A stretch of 64,000 nt of DNA from Myxococcales bacterium (GTDB taxonomy: Bacteria; Desulfobacterota; Binatia; HRBIN30): assembly GCA_037445065.1 (NCBI GenBank), contig JBBILD010000003.1:64001-128000 (forward strand), read 5' to 3'. Position 1 is the stretch's first letter; the number at the start of each line of letters is the position of its first letter. Positions 56,182-64,000 of this stretch are shown piece after piece. The translations under genes and the position numbers were made by a program. The notes under the pieces were generated by a model. The model had not been told where the DNA came from, did not search any database, and saw nothing but the letters and a program-made list of their open reading frames with translations.

Positions 56182-56976
56182 ATGCCAGAATTGGGCGAGC
56201 ACGGTGGGTTGTTCACGGGCGAGCGCTTGCACGCGGCGGATCCGCTTTTCCAAGCCGACCTGGCCCGGCACTTGGTGGCTTACCGCTACGCCCAGCAGCA
56301 CGCTTCCGGCAAGACCGTGCTGGATGCCGGTTGCGGGGATGGATACGGGAGTGCTCTTTTGGCCGAGAGCGCGACATTGGTCGTGGGCGTGGACCGCTCA
56401 GCCGAGGCGATCGAGCTTGCGCGCCAGCGTTACCGCCGGTCGAATTTGCGCTACGACTGCTTGCCTCTCGAACAACTCGACACCTTGCAGGAGCGCTTCG
56501 ACCTCATCTGCCACTTTCAAGTGATCGAGCACCTGACCGATCCGCGCCCATTTTTGCGCGCTGCGCATCAGGCGTTGCAACCCACTGGCGTGCTCCTGAT
56601 CACGACCCCGAATCGGCCCTTGTCACGGGTCGAAAACCCCTACCATGTCCGCGAGTACGAAGCCGACGAACTGCTTGCGTTGTTACGCGAGGTTTTCCCC
56701 CGCGTGGAGTTGGAGGGGGTGTGGGGAAACGAGGCGGTGATGGCCTTCGAGGAAGAGCGCGCTCGGCGCGCGCTCCGCGTGCTGCGCTTGGATCCGCTGG
56801 GAGTGCGCCGTCTCCTCCCGCGCAGCGTGATCGAATGGGCTTACCCGCGCTTGGCACGTTGGGTGCGCCGAGGCGTTTCGGCGGCCGGGAAAACGGCGAT
56901 TACCGAGGCCGACTTTTCGATTCGCCCGGAGGCGGAGGGCGCCCTCGATCTATTGGCTCGCTGCTACCGGCAGTGA
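56182..56976 (+). CDS. Class I SAM-dependent methyltransferase
   Basis: FTGERL, RHLVAY, VLDAGCGDGYG, FQVIEHL, TTPN, NPYHVREY. Confidence 0.9.
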   Translation: MPELGEHGGLFTGERLHAADPLFQADLARHLVAYRYAQQHASGKTVLDAGCGDGYGSALLAESATLVVGVDRSAEAIELARQRYRRSNLRYDCLPLEQLDTLQERFDLICHFQVIEHLTDPRPFLRAAHQALQPTGVLLITTPNRPLSRVENPYHVREYEADELLALLREVFPRVELEGVWGNEAVMAFEEERARRALRVLRLDPLGVRRLLPRSVIEWAYPRLARWVRRGVSAAGKTAITEADFSIRPEAEGALDLLARCYRQ

Positions 56977-57018
56977 GGGGTCGGCAGACTTGCCGGGCCG
57001 AAGTGTTGGCACACGCCC

Positions 57019-57546
57019 ATGGCGAATTTGCTGCGTCCTTTGCTTGCGGGCCAGAAAACACAGGCGGGTTCGCGCCCGAGGTGCAATCGGGGTACAGGAC
57101 GAGTCTTCGTCTTAGTGCTGGTGGCCATTGCGGCTGCGACCACAGGGTGCCGCGGTGGGGCGGATCTGAGACAGACGCTGAGGGACTGGGTAGCCGCCTG
57201 GAACCGGCGCGACCTCCCGACTTTAAATCGCGTCTTCCTGCCGAACGGAACGTTCACGGGTTTCGACGGGAAAACCGGGCCGGCTGTTGTGCAGCGAGCC
57301 GCCTTCGCGGGGCTTTGGGCACTGGTTCCCGACGCGCAGCTCCGGATCGTCCGATGGCTTCCCACCGAGCGCGGAATGGCCGTGACGTGGATCATCGAAG
57401 GCAAGAGCGTGTCTGGGCTGGCTACGAGCCTACGCGGTCTGTGCGTGGCGGAAGGTTCCGGGACGAAACTGGCTGCGCTGCGCTGCTACTCCGATGTCAC
57501 CCCGCTGTTGCGCCTGCTTCCGCCGCGTCCGTCCTCCTCGACGTAA
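57019..57546 (+). CDS. Putative SnoaL/NTF2-like lipoprotein
   Basis: VFVLVLVAIAAATTGC lipobox-like segment; WVAAWNRRDL..VF.P NTF2-like start; true start uncertain. Confidence 0.55.
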   Translation: MANLLRPLLAGQKTQAGSRPRCNRGTGRVFVLVLVAIAAATTGCRGGADLRQTLRDWVAAWNRRDLPTLNRVFLPNGTFTGFDGKTGPAVVQRAAFAGLWALVPDAQLRIVRWLPTERGMAVTWIIEGKSVSGLATSLRGLCVAEGSGTKLAALRCYSDVTPLLRLLPPRPSSST

Positions 57547-57959
57547 CCGAACGGGCACCTCGGGAGGGGCGATGCGAAACCTGTGGCGCGCCATCGTCGA
57601 GGGTGAGGGAGAAGCGGTGAGATGAGCACCGGCGCGCCGCCCCGGTGGGGCGTTCGCTCAAGAGGAGGGAAGGGAGCCGGGGGGATCTTCTGCGCTGCGA
57701 CCGGTGAGGGACCCCGGGCAATGAAACACGCACTGCGCGCGAGGTGGAGTGGACCGCCCCGCAAGCCTTGCCGCAACGTCTACGCGAGCGCCACCGTGGC
57801 CAAAGCCGAGGGCTGTGCGAACGCAACGCTCCCCAACCCCCTGGGTGGGTTGGGCTCCGGAGAGACGTGAGTCGTCAAAGCTCGCCTTTGCGTCCGGCCT
57901 TGGAAGACGACCGATGGGTGCGAGAGACCACAGCGGCACGGATCTCCCGTGCAGTGGGC

Positions 57960-58058
57960 TCACGGCAAGAGCAGGTAGAGCAAGTCCAAGGCGACAAAGG
58001 AGCCGAGGGTGGCGGCGATGAGCGCCCAAAGCAATTTGCGGCGGGTGCTCGGTGTCAT
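57960..58058 (-). CDS. Putative 32-aa single-pass membrane protein
   Basis: [37 protein letters not shown] overlap with the tkt stop; GAGGTG upstream. Confidence 0.5.
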   Translation of the reverse strand: MTPSTRRKLLWALIAATLGSFVALDLLYLLLP

Positions 58059-60070
58059 CAGGTAAGCACCTCTTTTACCAGCCGGACCAAGTTTGCGGTG
58101 TGAAACCCCAGCTTCTCGAGCACAACTTCCCCTGGTGCGGACGCTCCGAAGCGGTCGAGCCTGAGGACGCGACCCCTTTCCCCGACCCAGCGCTCCCAAC
58201 CCAGAGCCACTCCCGCTTCCACCGCCACGCGAGCGTTCAGCTTCGCAGGCAACACGGCCTCGCGGTAGTTTTGATCTTGCCGCGCAAAGAGTTCCCAGGA
58301 CGGCATGGAGACGACTCGCACGTAGATCCGTTCCTTCTCCAAGGCGGCCTGCGCGGCGAGAGCCAAGTGCACCTCGGAGCCACTGGCAAGGATGACGGCG
58401 TCCGGCTTTCCGGACGCAGCCTCGGAGAGCACATAGGCGCCACGTTCCAGCAGGCCGGCAGGGGCGAATCGTTGTCGATCGAGGACTGGCAGTTTCTGGC
58501 GCGACAAGATCAAGGCTACAGGTCCCTCTCGGTACTGCATGACCCAGCGCCAGGCAGCCGCGGTTTCATTGGCGTCGCAGGGGCGAACCACCACCAGCCC
58601 AGGGATGGCCCGCAGCGCCGCCAGGTGTTCTACCGGTTGGTGTGTGGGGCCGTCTTCGCCGACACCGATGGAATCGTGCGTCCACACATAAATCACGGGC
58701 AGGTGGCTCAGTGCCGCGAGGCGAACGGGCGGGCGCATGTAGTCAGAAAACACCAGGAAGGTGGAGACAAACGGGCGCAAACCGCCATGGTAACAGAGCC
58801 CGTTTGCGATCGCACCCATAGCATGCTCGCGCACACCGAAGTGCAAGTTGCGGCCAGCGCCAGTTTGCCCATCGAAGTCCCCGGCACCGAGGAGAGCCGT
58901 GTTTGTGGAAACGGAAAGGTCCGCGTCGCCTCCCACCAGGAACGGTACGCGTTTCGCGATCGCATTGAGGACTTTGCCTCCGGCTATGCGTGTCGCCTGC
59001 GGCTCGCTGGTCGAGAACTCCGGGATGTCCTTGCCCCAGCCCTGCGGCAACTCGCCGAGCCAGAAGCGGTGCCATTCTTCGGCCAGGTCGGGGTACGCGT
59101 GGGCATATTCGGCAAAGCGTTCGTCCCAATGGGCCTGTGCTCGCCGCCCGCGCTCGACCGCTTGGCGGAAATGCTGCAGGGCTTGCGGCGGAACCAAGAA
59201 CTCCTGATTTGGGTCCCAGCCAAGTGCCTCTTTGGTTCGCCGGACTTCGTCTGCTCCTAAAGGGCTGCCGTGTGCCTCGCGGGTACCTGCCTTATTGGGC
59301 GAACCGTAACCGAGCGTCGTATGCACAATAATGAGGGCCGGAGCCGAGGTGTCGCTTTCTGCCTCCGTTAGGGCTTGGTCAATGGCGGCGGTGTCATAGT
59401 TGCCGTGAGCGACCTCGAACACCCGCCAGCCGCATGCGCGAAAGCGGGCAGCGACGTCCTCAGAAAAAGCGAGCGAAGTCGGCCCATCCAAAGAGACTCC
59501 ATTGGAGTCGTACAAAAAGATCAGTTTCCCCAAACGAAGGTGGCCGGCGAGCGACGCAGCCTCGGCGCAAACGCCTTCCATCATGTCTCCGTCGGACAGG
59601 AGTGCATACGTACGGTGGTCCACGATGGGGAAACCCGGCCGGTTGAACCGGTGCGCCAACATCCGCTCTGCGATGGCCATTCCAACTGCGTTGGCCGCGC
59701 CCTGTCCCAAAGGGCCAGTCGTGGCCTCTACTCCGGGGGTCAAGCGAAACTCGGGGTGCCCGGGGGTGATACTTCCCCATTGGCGAAAGGCCCGCAGATC
59801 TTCCAGTGTGACGTCATAACCGGTCAGATACAGGAGGGCATACAGGAGCATGCTGCCGTGGCCAGCGGAAAGCACGAAGCGGTCGCGGTCGGGCCACAGG
59901 GGGTTTGCTGGGTTATGCCGCAAATGGTGCTGCCAAAGGACGTATGCCATCGGCGCGGCACCGAGCGGGAGGCCAGGATGCCCGGAATTCGCCCGCTGCA
60001 CCGCGTCGATTGCCAGAGTGCGGATGGTGTTGATACAGAGCGTCTCAAGCTCGCGGTCGGTCGCCCTCAC
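58058..60070 (-). CDS. tkt: Transketolase
   Basis: [69 protein letters not shown] before GTG 60070. Confidence 0.97.
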   Translation of the reverse strand: MRATDRELETLCINTIRTLAIDAVQRANSGHPGLPLGAAPMAYVLWQHHLRHNPANPLWPDRDRFVLSAGHGSMLLYALLYLTGYDVTLEDLRAFRQWGSITPGHPEFRLTPGVEATTGPLGQGAANAVGMAIAERMLAHRFNRPGFPIVDHRTYALLSDGDMMEGVCAEAASLAGHLRLGKLIFLYDSNGVSLDGPTSLAFSEDVAARFRACGWRVFEVAHGNYDTAAIDQALTEAESDTSAPALIIVHTTLGYGSPNKAGTREAHGSPLGADEVRRTKEALGWDPNQEFLVPPQALQHFRQAVERGRRAQAHWDERFAEYAHAYPDLAEEWHRFWLGELPQGWGKDIPEFSTSEPQATRIAGGKVLNAIAKRVPFLVGGDADLSVSTNTALLGAGDFDGQTGAGRNLHFGVREHAMGAIANGLCYHGGLRPFVSTFLVFSDYMRPPVRLAALSHLPVIYVWTHDSIGVGEDGPTHQPVEHLAALRAIPGLVVVRPCDANETAAAWRWVMQYREGPVALILSRQKLPVLDRQRFAPAGLLERGAYVLSEAASGKPDAVILASGSEVHLALAAQAALEKERIYVRVVSMPSWELFARQDQNYREAVLPAKLNARVAVEAGVALGWERWVGERGRVLRLDRFGASAPGEVVLEKLGFHTANLVRLVKEVLT

Positions 60071-60249
60071 TCTTCCTCCTTTCCGGCTGCGCACGGCGTG
60101 CACGCGCAGGGTTCTGCTGTAGCCCAAGCGCGCGAGTCGTGCACGCAGCTCCTGTGCTTGTTTCAACGCTGCGCCTCCCGCATAGTGCCGGCCAGCGAGC
60201 GCCCCCGGGAGCGGGTGTGCGCCAGTGACGAGAAGGAGGACAGTTGGAC

Positions 60250-61029
60250 ATGGCCTTCGAATTTATTCGGTACGAGAAGAGTGGGCGCTTGGCGCGGATC
60301 ACGATCAATCGGCCGGAAGTTATGAATGCGCTGCATCCACCTGCAAACCTAGAACTGTCGCAGGCGTTCGATGACTTTGCAGGCGACCCCGAGGTATGGG
60401 TGGCGATCATTACCGGAGCAGGGGACAAGGCATTTTCCGCCGGTAATGATCTCAAGTACACAGCCACGCATGGGATGGGTGAGATCGCTGTGGGCAACGG
60501 TGGCTTTGGCGGAATCACGGCTCGCTTCGATCTGTTCAAGCCTGTGATCGCAGCCGTTAACGGCGTGGCCCTTGGCGGTGGATTCGAGATCGCTCTTGCC
60601 TGCGATATCATCGTGGCTGCTGAGCACGCGCGTTTCGGTTTGCCCGAGCCGCGGGTAGGTTTGGCCGCTCTGGCGGGCGGCATGCAGCGCTTGCCCAGGC
60701 AAATGCCGATCAAAATCGCCATGGGTTACATGCTCACAGGCAAGCACATGACAGCGGCTGAGGCGCACCGCTGGGGAATCGTGAACGAAGTGGTTCCTGG
60801 AGCCGAACTCATGGCGGCTGCGGAGCGCTGGGCAAACGAGATTCTCGAGTGCTCTCCGGTTTCCGTGCGTGCGACGAAGCAAGTGGCGCTGCAAAGCCAG
60901 GGGCTTCCGCTCCAGGAAGCGTTGAGTCGCTCTTACTCGCTGGTGGGCGACTTGTTCCGCTCTGAGGATATGATGGAGGGCGTGCTTGCATTTGCACAAA
61001 AGCGCAAGCCGCAGTGGAAAGGCAAGTAG
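60250..61029 (+). CDS. Enoyl-CoA hydratase/carnitinyl-CoA dehydratase-like protein
   Basis: [54 protein letters not shown]. Confidence 0.93.
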   Translation: MAFEFIRYEKSGRLARITINRPEVMNALHPPANLELSQAFDDFAGDPEVWVAIITGAGDKAFSAGNDLKYTATHGMGEIAVGNGGFGGITARFDLFKPVIAAVNGVALGGGFEIALACDIIVAAEHARFGLPEPRVGLAALAGGMQRLPRQMPIKIAMGYMLTGKHMTAAEAHRWGIVNEVVPGAELMAAAERWANEILECSPVSVRATKQVALQSQGLPLQEALSRSYSLVGDLFRSEDMMEGVLAFAQKRKPQWKGK

Positions 61030-61048
61030 GCGCGCGATCGTCGCGTCG

Positions 61049-61879
61049 TTGGCCGGGGTCGAGGTCGGTGACGGCCTTCCAGTGCGGCTGATGGCGGCGA
61101 TCAACGTCAGTCCGGAGTCTTTTTACTCGGGCTCGGTGGCCCGCGGCCAGCGCGCGCTTGCCGCACGCGTGCGCAAGCTGACCGAAGAGGGGGCCGACTT
61201 CATTGATCTGGGGGCGATGTCTACTGCCCCGTATCGGGCGGGATGGATCGAGGAAGAAGAGGAGCGAAAGCGCCTGGTGGCGGCGGTCAAGGTGGCCTGC
61301 GCGGAAAGTGCCCTGCCGATTTCTGTGGACACCCAGCGGGCTAGCGTGGCGGAGGCTGCGCTAGAAGCCGGGGCTCGGATTCTGAACGATGTGAGCGGCT
61401 TGTCTGCTGACCCCCGCATGGGGCGGGTAGCCCAATGCTTCGAAGGCGTGATTCTCATGGCAAACGAGCGAGGACCGAGCCGGCTGCCGCCGCTGGCGTT
61501 GGTGGGCCGATTGCTCCGCCAAGCCCTCGAGCGAGCGCGCCAGGCCGGCGTTGCCGCGGGACGAGTCGTGGTCGATCCGGGAATCGGATTTTTCCGCCAA
61601 GCGTTCCTGCCTTGGTATGAATTCGATGTCACGGTCTTGGCGGGGCTGGGCCGGTTGCGCCGGCTCGGCAGGCCGATTCTGGTAGGAGCGTCCCGCAAGT
61701 CCTTCTTGGGGAAGTGGACCGGCCGCCAAGATCCAAGCGAACGGCTGGCCGCATCGGTGGCCGCGGCTGCGGTGGCGGTTCTCCACGGGGCGCATATCGT
61801 GCGCACGCACGACGTAGCGCCCACGTGTGACGCTGTACGGATCGCCGAAGCGGTTCGTGCTGCCGCGGGTATGCGTTGA
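61049..61879 (+). CDS. folP: Dihydropteroate synthase
   Basis: INVSPESF, DLGAMSTAP, ISVDT, LNDVSG, VDPGIGF, GASRKSFLG, RTHDV; start codon uncertain. Confidence 0.9.
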   Translation: MAGVEVGDGLPVRLMAAINVSPESFYSGSVARGQRALAARVRKLTEEGADFIDLGAMSTAPYRAGWIEEEEERKRLVAAVKVACAESALPISVDTQRASVAEAALEAGARILNDVSGLSADPRMGRVAQCFEGVILMANERGPSRLPPLALVGRLLRQALERARQAGVAAGRVVVDPGIGFFRQAFLPWYEFDVTVLAGLGRLRRLGRPILVGASRKSFLGKWTGRQDPSERLAASVAAAAVAVLHGAHIVRTHDVAPTCDAVRIAEAVRAAAGMR

Positions 61880-61942
61880 CTTACCTCCCTTACCGCGTTT
61901 AACTTTGACGCGTGGTCATTACCGCAATCACTTTGGTATTGC
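61876..61942 (+). promoter_or_regulatory. Putative Rrf2-gene promoter and imperfect inverted repeat
   Basis: TTGACT-N17/18-T(T)AACT; GCAATCAC-ttt-GGTATTGC at 61924-61942. Confidence 0.35.
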
Positions 61943-62033
61943 TGCGCTGGTGCTTCGGGCGCTTTCACACGCGCGAGGGGGAGGTATGAGCGCACGCCGC
62001 GCCGGTGGGGCCACAGGCCACCGCAGTTCGATC

Positions 62034-62486
62034 ATGAACGTCGGCAAGCGGGTGGATTATGCCGTGCGTGCCCTTTGTTATATCGCGGCGCAACCGGAGA
62101 ACCGCTACGTGCCGCGGCGGGAAATCGAGAAACGGCAGCGAATTCCATCGCACTTCTTGTCGAAAATTCTGCGCCGGCTGGTGGAGTCGGGCCTGCTGGC
62201 TTCGGTTCCCGGAGCTCACGGTGGCTTTCGCTTGAGCCGCACCCCGGATCGGATCTCTTTGCGCGAGGTTTACGAGAGCATCGAAGGCCCCTTGAATTTA
62301 ATTGACTGCGTCAAGGACGAGGAGGAAGCTTGTTGCTTCGCCTCCGTCTGTACGCAGATCCACGTTTGGCGTGGAGCCCAGCAGCTCCTTCAGCGGTACT
62401 TGGAGGACATCACGATTCAAACCATCGCGGACCGGGAAGGCTTGGTTGCCCGGTTGAACGAGAAAGAACACCCCGTGGCCGTGTGA
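62034..62486 (+). CDS. Rrf2 family transcriptional regulator with Cys cluster
   Basis: [52 protein letters not shown]; alternative start at 61986. Confidence 0.92.
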   Translation: MNVGKRVDYAVRALCYIAAQPENRYVPRREIEKRQRIPSHFLSKILRRLVESGLLASVPGAHGGFRLSRTPDRISLREVYESIEGPLNLIDCVKDEEEACCFASVCTQIHVWRGAQQLLQRYLEDITIQTIADREGLVARLNEKEHPVAV

Positions 62487-62514
62487 GGTTTTGGGGAAAC
62501 GTCAGGAGGAGGAA

Positions 62515-62865
62515 ATGGCGTACGTGATCACCCGCTTGTGCATCGACTGCGTGGATACGGCTTGTGTTTCCGTGTGTCCGGTGGACTGCATTTACGAGTA
62601 TACGGGGAGCGACCGCGAGCACTTTCCGAATCAGTTGTACATCCATCCGGATGAGTGCATTGACTGTGGAGCATGCGAGCCAGAGTGTCCCTGGCAAGCG
62701 ATCTTCGAGGCGAGTGCGGTACCGGAGATCTTCAAGAGCGATATTGAATTAAATGCGCAGGTGGCGGCGAACCCGAGTGACTTCCAAGTGAAGAAGCACG
62801 AACAAAAGCCGAAGCCCACCCCGGAACAGGTTGAAGCGAACAAACGCAAGTGGGGTTGGGCGTAA
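62515..62865 (+). CDS. FdxA-type dicluster (7Fe-like) ferredoxin
   Basis: [25 protein letters not shown]...[27 protein letters not shown]. Confidence 0.93.
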   Translation: MAYVITRLCIDCVDTACVSVCPVDCIYEYTGSDREHFPNQLYIHPDECIDCGACEPECPWQAIFEASAVPEIFKSDIELNAQVAANPSDFQVKKHEQKPKPTPEQVEANKRKWGWA

Positions 62866-62905
62866 GCCCCTTTTGCGAGGCTCTTTTCGGGATTCAACCT
62901 TCTAG

Positions 62906-62945
62906 GCTTGGAGCCGCTCGCGGGCAGCGGCTCCAAGCGTTTTTG
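62906..62945 (+). terminator. Intrinsic terminator
   Basis: GCTTGGAGCCGCT-7 nt loop-AGCGGCTCCAAGC followed by gTTTTTT. Confidence 0.88.
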
Positions 62946-62963
62946 CTGGCATCCAACTGCTCC

Positions 62964-64000
62964 TCAGCGGGTGGTCCGCTCCACTGCCTCTAAGCAGCGA
63001 GCGATCGTGCGCTCGCGGTCCGGTGGTGGGCTCCACCCAAACCGCTGGCGTAGGGAATCCGCTTGCGCGAGCACTAGTAGAGTACGGGCAATCACTTCTG
63101 GCTTGCGGAACGCCTCCTCAGGAGGTTCGAACATGTTGATCATGCGCAGGAAGGCGCGAAAGACCACCGGGTCCACACGCATGGCAACTGCGACTCCGTC
63201 GCGAAAGAATCGCTCCTGCAGGCGCTCGGTCCACCGGTGGGGCGGGCGCCCTTCGTAACGGCGAACAGCGTCTCGATCGGCGATCACAGAGGCCCGGTAG
63301 TACGGCTGCAGCAGAACGTGACTCGAGTGCTCGTACTCGAGAATGGCCTGGCGCCAGTCGCCCGCGTAGTGCTGGAGGATATCGGTGAGTAGGGTTGCTT
63401 GCAGGAATGCTTGCGCGCAGCCCCGCCCGTAGAGAGGGTTTGTGCAGTAGGCAGCGTCACCGGTGAGAAAAAAGCGCAAGGCGATCGGCCCCCCCTGATC
63501 CACTAGGCTGCGCCGGCGGTTCACGAGTCCTCCCATGGCTTCCACTGGGCGGGGTGAGTCACGCAGTGGGGTGGCGATACAAGGGTCGATCCAATCGCGC
63601 AGACCCGGGATCGCCGCTACCAAGGTATCGAAAGCGGCCGCCTTGGCTAAAACCTTGAGCCTCTGTTCAGCCACCGGGACCGCAAGTGTGATCGAAAAGA
63701 CACCGTTTTCTGCTGGGAAAACGGCGTACTTCACCCAGTCGTAGTCACCGACCCAGGGGTCGCTCCCCGCTACCGGTTCCACGCTTTCCTCGCGCAGCCG
63801 GTAGAAGCGGGTGTAGTAAACGATCCCGGACGCTTCCTTTCGTTCGCGCAAGGGTCGGGCCCCGAGTTGTTGTAGCCACCGCTCCGCTTGCGAGCGGCGG
63901 CCGCTGGCGTCCACGACAAAGTGGGCGCGAACGGTCCGTTCTTTTCCAGACGCACTGCGTACGCGCACCCCACTCACCACCGGAGTGGAGCCGCTGACGC
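62964..64000 (-). CDS. FAD-dependent oxidoreductase/monooxygenase, 3' part (starts beyond the window end)
   Basis: VVDASGRRS, YYTRFYRL, GDAAYCTNPLYGRGC. Confidence 0.85.
   Translation of the reverse strand, partial: VSGSTPVVSGVRVRSASGKERTVRAHFVVDASGRRSQAERWLQQLGARPLRERKEASGIVYYTRFYRLREESVEPVAGSDPWVGDYDWVKYAVFPAENGVFSITLAVPVAEQRLKVLAKAAAFDTLVAAIPGLRDWIDPCIATPLRDSPRPVEAMGGLVNRRRSLVDQGGPIALRFFLTGDAAYCTNPLYGRGCAQAFLQATLLTDILQHYAGDWRQAILEYEHSSHVLLQPYYRASVIADRDAVRRYEGRPPHRWTERLQERFFRDGVAVAMRVDPVVFRAFLRMINMFEPPEEAFRKPEVIARTLLVLAQADSLRQRFGWSPPPDRERTIARCLEAVERTTR

Overview
GC-rich bacterial chromosomal window. The secreted Pro/Thr-linker proteins with Cys-flanked dockerin-like tails and Myxococcus-type Cys repeats, plus the F420/LLM, MaoC and amidohydrolase genes, suggest a Binatia/Deltaproteobacteria-like organism (inference). 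Housekeeping blocks: queA-tgt-yajC-secD, hsp20-groES-groEL, alaC-hom-glpX, tkt, folP, Rrf2-ferredoxin. Acyl-CoA metabolism: a B12 mutase with isobutyryl-CoA mutase signature residues whose two subunit genes are separated by a ~6.3 kb decayed pseudogene island, three enoyl-CoA hydratases, a TetR locus with a visible operator pair, and two PaaK-like ligases. The most striking signal is four secreted proteins that combine two N-terminal modules (Gly-rich beta-helix-like; CxxCH Reeler-like) with two C-terminal modules (dockerin-like; an unrecognised tandem ~140-aa beta-sandwich) in all four possible ways. Nearby are a secreted lysyl-oxidase-like enzyme, a GALK2-like kinase/nucleotidyltransferase pair and a glycosylation operon with two GT-C-HEAT fusion paralogs. 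No rRNA, tRNA, CRISPR array or intact mobile element was seen. All family calls come from motif recognition, not database searches.
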